DNA of 64,000 bases. Origin: Chrysemys picta bellii. Taxonomy: Eukaryota. A program made the position numbers and the translations under genes. The DNA lies in assembly GCF_011386835.1 (NCBI RefSeq), contig NC_088797.1:29574001-29638000 (forward strand), written 5' to 3'. A model generated the notes under the pieces. It did no database searches. It was not told where the DNA came from and worked only from the letters and a program-made list of their open reading frames with translations. Shown here in pieces: positions 1-9,434 of the stretch (its first letter is position 1; each line of letters opens with the position of its first letter).

Positions 1-1549
1 AAGTCCATGGGGCCGGATGCGCTGCATCCGAGGGTGCTAAAGGAGTTGGCGGGTGAGATTGCAGAGCCATTAGCCATTATTTTTGAAAACTCATGGCGAT
101 CGGGGGAGGTCCCAGATGACTGGAAAAAGGCTAATGTAGTGCCCATCTTTAAAAAAGGGAAGAAGGAGGATCCGGGGAACTACAGGCCAGTCAGCCTCAC
201 CTCAGTCCCTGGAAAAATTATGGAGCAGGTCCTCAAGGAATCAATTATGAAACATTTAGAGGAAAGGAAAGTGATCAGGAACAGTCAGCATGGATTCACG
301 AAGGGGAAGTCGTGCCTGACTAACCTAATTGCCTTCTATGATGAGATAACTGGCTCTGTGGATGAGGGGAAAGCAGTGGATGTGTTATTTCTTGACTTTA
401 GCAAAGCTTTTGATACTGTCTCCCACAGTATTCTTGCCACCAAGTTAAAGAAGTATGGGCTGGATGAATGGACTGTAAGGTGGATAGAAAGCTGGCTAGA
501 TCGTCGGGCTCAACGGGTAGTGATCAATGGCTCCATGTCTAGTTGGCAGACGGTTTCAAGTGGAGTGCCCCAAGGGTCGGTCCTGGGGCCGGTTTTGTTT
601 AATATCTTTATTAATGATCTGGAGGATGGTGTGGACTGCACTCTCAGCAAGTTTGCAGATGACACTAAACTAGGAGGCGTGGTAGATACACTAGAGGGTG
701 GGGATCGGATACAGAGGGACCTAGACAAATTAGAGGATTGGGCCAAAAAAAACCTGATGAGGTTCAACAAGGACAAGTGCAGAGTCCTGCACTTAGGACG
801 GAAGAATCCCATGCACTGCTACAGACTAGGGACCGAATGGCTAGGTAGCAGTTCTGCTGAAAAGGACCTAGGGGTCACAGTGGACGAGAAGCTGGATATG
901 AGTCAACAGTGTGCTCTTGTTGCCAAGAAGGCTAATGGCATTTTGGGCTGTATAAGTAGGGGCATTGCCAGCAGATCGAGGAACGTGATCGTTCCCCTTT
1001 ATTCGACATTGGTGAGGCCTCATCTGGAATACTGTGTCCAGTTTTGGGCCCCACACTACAAGAAGGATGTGGAAAAATTGGAAAGAGTCCAGCGGAGGGC
1101 AACAAAAATGATTAGGGGTCTGGAGCATATGACTTATGAGGAGAGGCTGAGAGAACTGGGATTGTTTAGTCTCCAGAAGAGAAGAATGAGGGGGGATTTG
1201 ATAGCAGCCTTCAACTACCTGAAGGGGGGTTCCAAAGAGGATGGAGCTCGGCTGTTCTCAGTGGTGGCAGATGACAGAACAAGGAGCAATGGTCTCAAGT
1301 TGCGGTGGGGGAAGTCCAGGTTGGATATCAGGAAAAACTATTTCACTAGGAGGGTGGTGAAACACTGGAATGCGTTACCTAGGGAGGTGGTGGAGTCTCC
1401 TTCCTTGGAGGTTTTTAAGGCCCGGCTTGACAAAGCCCTGGCTGGGATGATTTAGCTGGGAATTGGTCCTGCTTTGAGCAGGGGGTTGGACTAGATGACC
1501 TCTTGAGGTCCCTTCCAACTCTGATATTCTATGATTCTATGATTCTATG
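1..1549 (+). mobile_element. CR1 LINE, 3' half (ORF2 reverse transcriptase, 3'UTR, octamer tail); continues upstream of the window
   Basis: ORF 7-1455 is 482 uninterrupted codons. It has the RT motifs [22 protein letters not shown] and FADD, and the CR1 C-terminus [23 protein letters not shown]. The CR1 3'UTR follows and ends in (ATTCTATG)x3 at 1526-1549. Confidence 0.97.
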
Positions 1550-1852
1550 ATCCACAGGCTAACAGAGCTGGGTTTGAACTGAGATAAGTGCAACCATGCA
1601 GGGGGATTATTTCAGTCTTTAACCCAATCCGGCACCAGGTACCAAATGGGCCTGGGAAGGACAGCTGTGAAGACTGTAGGGCATTAGGATAAAATTGTTA
1701 TCAACAATAGGTGTGACTCAGTTTCCCCACTTGCTGTGTATTACTACCCACTGGTTTTGAAGGGGTTACTGTTTCCTCTGGGGCAGGGGTAATAACACGT
1801 GTGGGTTGGTGTCTCAGCCTGTCTGGGTTGGTAGGAATGCTCGATCAAGAAT

Positions 1853-1951
1853 CACATTAATCTGACGAAGTGGATATTCACCCACAAAAACGTATGCTCT
1901 AGTACATCTGTTAGTCTATAAGGTACCACAGGACACTCTGTCACTTTTTAC
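1853..1951 (+). mobile_element. Short Penelope-like element end carrying a degenerate hammerhead-like motif
   Basis: CTGACGA-AGTGGATATTCACCCAC-AAAA-ACGTATGCTC...GTTAGTCTATAAGGTACCACAGG resembles, from memory, a common turtle Penelope terminal repeat. It is flanked by the direct repeat CGATCAAGAAT at 1842-1852 and 1952-1962. Confidence 0.55.
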
Positions 1952-2035
1952 CGATCAAGAATGGGTCCTGTATGAATAGGGGGCCTTGGAGAGATGGTAG
2001 GAAACCCCAGGACCGGGCATTAACTCTCAACAACT

Positions 2036-3640
2036 AGCCGCCAAGGACACAGAACTTGTGAATATGGCAGAGTGGCAGCTGGGGTCAAAGGAGGTGCCAG
2101 GGGCAGGGCCACCCGGGGGGAGGGGCCAGGGGTGGCTCTAAGCAACAGCAAAGCAAGCAGGTGCTTGGGGCAGCCCATTTGCAGGGGTGGCAGCCAGCAG
2201 GGATCCAGCCTGAGAGCTGAGAACCAACAGGGGGCCCTGGGAGCTGTAGTTCCTTGGTTAGCTCCCTGCCTATAGAGCCAGCCCTGGAGCAAGGAAATAA
2301 CTACATTTCCCAGCATTCCCTTGGCTGCTATCAACAGGAAAGGGAGGGGGAGGGAGTATGGTAGCTGAAACCTCATGTTGCAGCTTGCTGTGAATGGAGA
2401 GCTTACTGCTAGAGCAGGGTGGCACTGTGAATGGGGAACAAGTGTGCCCAAGGAGTAGAAGGCTTTGGCCCAGATATCCCCTTCAGAAGACATCCCCAGA
2501 GTGGATTAGGGATACTGGTGTGACTTCACCTTGCAGCCCCCAAAGAAAGAATGGCTGGACTAAATGGACAGTGCCTCTCTCTATCTGAAGCCTAGCAAGG
2601 GAGGTATGTGGATCCCACTAGAATTTAAAATTAAAAGTAAGGGAGGGGAGGCTCTGGACCTGGGCAGCTTTAGATACAGAACCAGGCACGTAGGAGGATT
2701 TCCACTTCTGAGCCATGGAAGCAGAAATTGACTTTTTTTCCTTTCCAGATTTGGCTAATATTCAGCAAGGGAATCTAGCACCTGCCTTCCAGATTTGAAC
2801 ACCTCAAAATTCAGGAGTGTTCAAGCTCAATTCGGGCAGCTGTTACTTCATTTCCCCCAAATCAAATATACTGATCCACTGTAACTTGCTGTAGAAAAAG
2901 TAGGATAAAATTGAGCAAGAAATGCTTCCCAGTGGTTTTTAGGACTGGAATTGCTATTTTCAACAGCCATTGCTTTTTTTTGTTTGTTTAAAAGGAAGAC
3001 AGTGATATTGCATTGGCAAATTCCCCATAGAAACAAAGAGTGGAACAAAAGAATAATAAAGGCACCTCAACTTTTCCCCATTTATGGAGGACAGTCTTAT
3101 AATATGCATCCAGATACCCTCCAATCACACAAGCTGAAAATTGTTCCACTTTACTGCAGTTCTGTAACCATATAGGAACCAACCCTGTCTGTTCTATGCA
3201 CATCCAAAATTCCTGCTGAATGACCCACTCTGGGAGCAAGTTACCAGTGACCCAGGGCTGGGGCGGAAGGAGGGTGCGGGGGGGGGGGGGGAGAGCCCAG
3301 GGCTGGGGCGGCAGGGGGGTATATGGGTGAGGGGAGGCCCAGGGCTGGGGCAGCAGGGGGTGCAGGTGTGGGAGGGAGAGCCCAGGGCTGCGGCAGCAGG
3401 AGGGTGTGCGGGGGAGCCCAGGGCTGGGGTGGGGGCAGCCAAAATTTTTTTTGCTTGTGACGGCAAAAAACCTAGAGCCAGCCCTGGGGTCGGGGGGGGG
3501 GGGGCAAGTGGGGAAATTTGCCCCAGGCTTCGCAGGGGCCCCCACGAGAATATAGTATTCTATAGTATTGCAACTTTTTTTTTATGGAAGGGGCCCCCAA
3601 AATTGCTTTGCCCCAGGCCCCCTGAATCCTCTGGGCGGCA
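2036..3640. mobile_element. Probable non-autonomous DNA-transposon-derived interspersed repeat (boundaries uncertain)
   Basis: AT-richer core followed by a G-rich CCCAGGGCTGGGG repeat block. It ends in GGCCCCCTGAATCCTCTGGGCGGC, which resembles a hAT-MITE terminus. No clean TSD found. Confidence 0.35.
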
Positions 3641-4524
3641 GGGGACAGCATTAAGGACTCGGCTGCTCAGGACAAAGAGTCAGGGACCCAGATAGAGAGT
3701 TGGGGTCCAGGAGGCCTAGGGAAGTGAGGCTGGTGATGGACTCTGAATTCAGTATTGCCTTCCCTCTATTCACCTAAGGGCCCTTTGGTGCTGGATTCCA
3801 GCTGACTAACAATCCCCAACTTGCTCTGAAAAGCCTGCCCCATCTCACAGCAGATCCTCCCTGATGGCATTGCTCCCTGACAAGCAGAAATCTCTGCCAG
3901 TGATCCGAACCCATCAGAACTCGCTGGGAGTGCCAGTGAGAAACAGGGGAGCTGGAGCCTGAGGGCCCAGTCCTTGAACGATGGAGCCACGGGGCTCACC
4001 CTGGCAAAAAGTTGAGTCCAGGGTCTGGCATGTTAAAGGGGGCACTCCCAGAAGAGACTATACAAAGGCTGAGGCATGGGACCCCGTTGGGCTGTATCTA
4101 TTGCACACGGCATCTCCCACACCCATCACTGTGGCATCCTGGCACCTACCCGGTCGGGCATTAAGCAACCTAACTAAGGTCTGTCCTCATTCTCTCTCCC
4201 ACCCTGCCCCAGGGTGTGCAATGCAATGCAGTGAGGGGGGCCTGTAGGGAAGGGTTCTGGTTATACCAAATCTGCGCTCCCTGTGTGTTTCCAGCAGAGA
4301 ATGCTGCTTGGAACCTGTCACAGGAGCTGGCTGGGATGGTCCCTGGTTGGGGGAGGGGGAGGGTGTTGTGCTCCCTCACCAGAGGAAGTTCTCTTTCCCC
4401 CGACACCAGAGGAATCACATTGAGCATGGGGAGAGGGGTGAGTTGTGACAATGTGGGGTGGGGACAGGGACTCTCAGCTTCATACTAGCTGCCTCATACA
4501 GGCACCATCTCCAGTTCCTCCAAG

Positions 4525-4800
4525 GTTCTGTTCCTGGCTGGGAAAGAGGAGTGGGGTTTAGTGGTTAAAGCTGGGAGCCAGGACTCTTGGGTTCTGTCCC
4601 TGGCTGGGGGACGGGAGTGGGGTTTAGTGGTTAAAGCTGGGAGCCAGGACTCTTGGGTTCTGTCCCTGGCTGGGGGACGGGAGTGGGGTTTAGTGGTTAA
4701 AGCTGGGAGCCAGGACTCTTGGGTTCTGTCCCTGGCTGGGGGATGGGAGTGGGGGTTTAGTGATTAGGGCTGGGAGCCAGGACTCCTGGATTCTGTCCCT
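4525..4800 (+). repeat. Tandem minisatellite, 66-bp unit, about 4 copies (GGGAGCCAGGACTCYTGGGTTCT family)
   Basis: GTGGTTAAAGCTGGGAGCCAGGACTCTTGGGTTCTGTCCCTGGCTGGGGG recurs at 4561, 4627 and 4693. The ORF track shows a 22-aa periodicity. Confidence 0.95.
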
Positions 4801-4849
4801 GTCCATCCATATCTGTTTTGTGTCCAAGATGGCTGATGGGGTCACTCAG

Positions 4850-5390
4850 CTATGCTCTTCTTGAAATCTTGTCCTCCCTTGGCTCCGGTGACTGTGTCTT
4901 CTCCTGGTTCTCCTCCTACCTCTCTAATCATTCCTAGTGTGTCCCTTGAAGGATTTTCCTTTCTGTGGGTGTTTCACAGGGCTCTGCCCTTGGCCCCCGT
5001 CTCTTCTCCCTCTTCCCCTTAGTTCTGGGTAATCTCATCCTCGAACACAAATTCAACTACCATCTCTATGCTGCTGACTCACAGATCTATCTCTCTGCTC
5101 CAGACCCATCCCCTCCTGTCCACACTGAAATTTCTGCCTGTCTCTGCCATCACCTCGTGGCTGTCTGTCGGTCGGCTCAAACACAACATGGCTAAACCAG
5201 AGCTCAGAATCTCCCCCTCCCTCCTACCGCCTTTCTCAGTCACTGTGGACACCACCCCCATCCTGCCTGTCACTCAGGCCCCTAACCTGGGCATCATCTT
5301 CATCTCAGACCTCTCTCTAGGTGCTCACATCTAGGCTGTGGCTAAATCTCCCCAGTTCTTTCTTCATAACATCTCTAAAGTTCAGCCTTT
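4850..5390 (+). mobile_element. Degenerate L2 LINE RT fragment
   Basis: Translation [15 protein letters not shown]...[17 protein letters not shown] corresponds to the RT PQGSxLGP and YADD regions in L2-type context. Frameshifts are present. Confidence 0.85.
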
Positions 5391-6005
5391 CCTAGCCAAG
5401 AAGTGGTGTATTGGGCTCGGACTCAGGGCTCCTGGGTTCAGCTCTTCTGTGCCTCAGTTTTCCCCCATGCAATGGCGACGGCACTACTGCAGGGGATGCT
5501 GTAAGGATACAAACCTAAATGACCACAAGAGGCCTGACGACACAGTGATGGGAGGCCTATAAACACCTTGGTAGACCTCTAGAGGTCCCTGGGAATGTCA
5601 GATGCTGGACATAATGCCCAGTTCCATCATATGGGGAATAAAAGTAACTAAGGGCTCAAACATTTTATTGCTTCTGTCAGCCAAGTGCATTACATTCAGC
5701 AGGGCTCCTTGCACCCTGCCATTCACCCCACAGCTCCCTGGGTGCCACCTGCCCATTGTTCTCGATTTCAGGGACTCCCTCCAATCTCCCCCTGCCAGGC
5801 TCTGTCTGCCCACCAATCTCCCACTGCCACCTGGCACTCTTCCCGCACATAACGCTGGGATCCCCTTTCTTCCCCCCACCAGAGGCTCTGTTCACCCCTT
5901 CTCCATTCCTCCCCATGCCACAGTCCCCCGACCTCTCCCATGCGGGGGGCTGTGGATACCCTCTCTGGCTTTTTGGATTTCCCCCAAAATCCATAGGGCT
6001 CTGCC

Positions 6006-6172
6006 CAGTGCTTAATTTGTAATGAAAGGGGCTCAAACAATTCTTTTATATTCATACCTGATACAGCAAACAGAGGTGCCAGGGCTATGAACTGCCAAGC
6101 CCAGAGGTGCTGGGGCTAGGAACTGCCATGCCCAGAGGTGCCGGGGCTCAACCCTGGCACAAATAAGCACTG
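6006..6172. mobile_element. hAT-type MITE, 167 bp
   Basis: TIRs CAGTGCTTAATTTGT / ACAAATAAGCACTG. Perfect 8-bp TSD GCTCTGCC at 5998-6005 and 6173-6180. Three internal CAGAGGTGCYRGGGCT repeats. Confidence 0.92.
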
Positions 6173-7888
6173 GCTCTGCCTGTTGTGGACATTCAGCCAT
6201 TGTGGAATGGACTGGATGCAGTGTTCAAAGGTTATCACATTATTGACACAAACACACGGTTGAGTAGGGACTTTCCATGCTCAGTCAGGCAGAGCTGGGG
6301 CCAGGAGGGTGGATAATATTTGTATCAGGGAAACACCTGGGGGCCCCAGGCAGGGATTGGGGCCCCACTGTGCTGGATACAAAACAGTGTGTGTGCTTGG
6401 TCCCCATGAGTCGCATCCTGCCACTAGGGGCTGCTAAGGTCTAAGCTTGCACCCAAGCCAGGAGTCAATGCTTGCCAGCATGAAAGCCCAGGGTGGAGGA
6501 GCAGAAGCAAGAATTAGTGGGTGTGCAGGTGGCTGGGGACCACATCCCCATGCTCCATTATGCATGGTGCTGGGGAGGGGGTACGTAGGGGAGTGATGCA
6601 TTGTCTACCTGCCAGCCCTTGCAAAGGCCCAGTGAGGCGGCACTAACACAAACAGGCACTTCCTGGCCTCCTGTGGGCAGCAGGCATAGCTGCTACAGTC
6701 TGGGCCTGTGTCTGTTGGGAACTTGAAACCCCCCAACCCCCTCCATGCAGCACAGTGCCCCCTAGTGAGGGGTGGGGCGCTGGAGTCAGCGCTGACTGTG
6801 AGGCCAGAATGCCCTCTACTGAGCCCCCCCTATTCTCTGCAGCATAGTGCCCCCTACTGCCTCGCTGGAGCATTGGTGTCAGAACTGACTGTGAGGGGAG
6901 AGCACCCCCCACCACACTGCTTGCAGCCCAGTGCTTTGTGTCTAGTTACCATGTCTCCATAGGCAAAGTTTCTGCATGCCAAGTAGCCGCCCTGGCTTCC
7001 TACTATGCTCCTGGCTGGTGGGTTGGGGAACAGCCCCCTCCCCAGATCCTCCCAGCCTGGAGGCTCCTGGGTTTGTACAGCTGGGGAGAAAGAGCTGGAT
7101 CGCTGCTGTCCGCTCTTACTTATCATGGCCTCAGGATCCGGACATCTGCTTCCTGGCCTGGCCTGGCAGCCCTTTGTCTCTGAGATGTGGCTGGGCAGGA
7201 AGGGACGGCGGGACCCATCCCTGTTCTGAGCAAGACATGGGGAACTAGTTACTTCATGGAGCCTGGACTATCCAGTATCCAGCCACCTACAGCCTGTCCC
7301 CTTTGAACACAGCCCCTGCCATCTCAACCCGGGCTCTTCCACAGCCCTGCCCGGGCCCCTCAGTCCTAATCCACAGCCCCCTGGTATCTCCACATCCCTC
7401 CTTCGGTGTCCCAAGGCTCCCAACCCTGTATCCCCTGCAGGCACTGGACATTTCTATGGGGCTGGGCCATGGTGAGTGGATATAAATCACCCTAAGAACA
7501 TAGAGGTTAAGCTTGTCTCTCTTCCCTCCCCCCCCATCCTTTCTACAGCTGAACTGGTGTTTCACTGAAAATTTTTCTTTACTGTTGCAAATCGGGAACT
7601 CGGACACTTGGAGCTGAAATCTAGATAGCAAGGAACTGTGACATTCCCAACATAGAGAAAATAGGACATTGCAAACTCAACAAATCCTGTAATCTAAACT
7701 GAACGGACTCAGGATATGTAGGAACTGGAACACTTAGAGTCCCGGAAAGAAAATGACAATAAGCTCTCTCTCCCCTCTCTCATCACACTGGGGCCATACC
7801 GTGTAGGACCCAACATTCCGGGCTCAGAGAAGCAGGAAATCACCAATCAGGAGACACGGACTCTGCCCAAAGTAGCAATTTTAAAACA

Positions 7889-7894
7889 TTTATT
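7889..7894 (-). terminator. Probable CCDC85B polyadenylation signal
   Basis: TTTATT on + (AATAAA on -), about 480 nt downstream of the CCDC85B stop. Confidence 0.6.
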
Positions 7895-8369
7895 TTTACT
7901 TCTTTTGGGGGAGGGTTTGCCCTAATCTCCCCGTCCCCTGAGTCAAAGTGCTCTCACTACACCGCGGGGTTGGAGTTAGCACCTGGGGGGAGAGGGGTTG
8001 CTGAAGAAGCCAGAGAGACGCTGCTTCGGGGGGGTTGCACCCAAAATGCATTTTTGACCTTCCCCCCCAGTAACCAGCTCCATTCCCTAACCCCCAAAGT
8101 CTGCACTGGGATCTTCACGGAGGTGAACCCCCTCCCCATCCTCTGCAGCAGCCCTTCCCCAGATCCCAGGGGAGAGACCCCTGCCACAGCCTGCGGGGGG
8201 AGGGGGATCCTCTGCTCTCCAGTCCTTCTGGTGGGGGCGGTTGGGTGAAGTCACTGGGAGCAGCTCCCTTGATGGGGGGCTCCTGGCCCCTTGAGAGAGT
8301 ACAGTCCTGGGGGGCAGGCCCCTGGGGAGGTCTCTAGTCCGGGTGGGTCCCGGCCCCCCGGGGGAGTCT

Positions 8370-8975
8370 CTAGTCCTCGGGCGAGCAGGCCAGGTGCAGC
8401 TGGTCCGGGCTGCCCACGCTGCCGGTGCTGGAGCTACCGTCGCCCAGGTCCCGGGGCCCGCAGGGCAGGCTGAGCTCCGAGGAGCCGACGGGGCTGTTGT
8501 CGGCGCGGGCGGCGCATTCCTCCTCCAGCGCCAGGCAGAGCGCCTTGAGCTCCAGGTTATCGGCGGCCAGGCGCTCCTGCAGCCCCTCCAGCCCGGCCAG
8601 CTTGTGCAGGCAGGAGGCCAGCTCGTCCCGCAGCACCCGGGCCGCCTGCTGCCCGAACAGCTGCCAGTCCCGGGCCAGCCGCTTGGCCTTCAGCCGGTCG
8701 TCGTCCAGGAAGCAGCAGAGGTCGCGGAGCTCGCGGTTCTCGGCCGCCAGGCGCTCGTTCACCTGCTTCAGCTCGCGGATCTCCCGCAGATGCTCCTGCA
8801 GCTGCCGATTGACGCCCTGGATCAGCCGCCCCCGCTGCACCAGCGCCGCCAGCTTCTCCGCCTCCTCCTGCCGCAGCCGCCGCACCAGCTCCTCCTTGCT
8901 GTAGCCGCCCAGCTCCGAGTCGCTCAGCTGGGCCAGGGCCCGGCTGGCCGCCGGCTCGCCGGCCTCGCTGCCCAT
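8370..8975 (-). CDS. CCDC85B: Coiled-coil domain-containing protein 85B (DIPA), 201 aa, single coding exon
   Basis: MGSEAGEP...KEELVRRLRQEEAEKLAALVQRGRLIQGVNRQLQEHLREIRELKQVNERLAAENRELRDLCCFLDDDR...CGPRDLGDGSSSTGSVGSPDQLHLACSPED* matches the CCDC85 family and the CCDC85B C-terminus. ATG at 8975 is in good Kozak context (GCGATGG). The gene is head-to-head with FIBP, as in human. Confidence 0.95.
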   Translation of the reverse strand: MGSEAGEPAASRALAQLSDSELGGYSKEELVRRLRQEEAEKLAALVQRGRLIQGVNRQLQEHLREIRELKQVNERLAAENRELRDLCCFLDDDRLKAKRLARDWQLFGQQAARVLRDELASCLHKLAGLEGLQERLAADNLELKALCLALEEECAARADNSPVGSSELSLPCGPRDLGDGSSSTGSVGSPDQLHLACSPED

Positions 8976-9095
8976 CGCGCTGCCGCAAGGTGGTTCCTGC
9001 TCCCCCGCCCCTTCCAGCGCCGCCACCCCGCCTCCTCCCGCCCGCAGATCAGCCCCCGTCCCGCAGCTTCCCCTGGCGCAGGCCCCTGCTCCTCC

Positions 9096-9434
9096 GGGGC
9101 GCACGGGCCCCCCTAGCCACAGGCCTTGGTTCCTTCGGGGCGCACAGAGCCCCCCTTCTTCGGGGCCCACGGGCCCCCCAGCCACCGACCTTGGCACCTT
9201 CGGGGCGCACGGAACCCCCCTTCTTCTTCGGTTAGGGCGCACGGGCCCTACCCAGCGACCTGAGCTCTTTCGGGGCGCACGGGCCCCATTGGGGCGCGGA
9301 ATCGCCTCTTTTGGGGCGCAGGCTCCCTCCCAACCACGCACTTTGGCTGCTTGGAACCGCACGATCCTCTTCTTTGTCGCGCACGAACCACCTTCGAGGA
9401 CGATTCTCGGCTTTTGGAGGGGGGGGGGGCGCAC
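9096..9434. repeat. Degenerate minisatellite with a GGGGCGCACGGGCCCC core upstream of the CCDC85B ATG
   Basis: GGGCGCA core at about 9097, 9138, 9203, 9235, 9273, 9314 and 9427. Confidence 0.8.

Noticed and set aside
5447-5470. MIR/CORE-SINE-like TCTGTGCCTCAGTTT cores (also about 12664 and 27522)
   Set aside because: Too short to delimit or classify without a profile search.
8976-9434. 153-codon in-frame upstream extension of CCDC85B (ORF track, 354 aa)
   Set aside because: It starts at GTG, has no ATG, and is made of a GC-rich minisatellite that lacks stops by composition. Family homology starts at the ATG at 8975.
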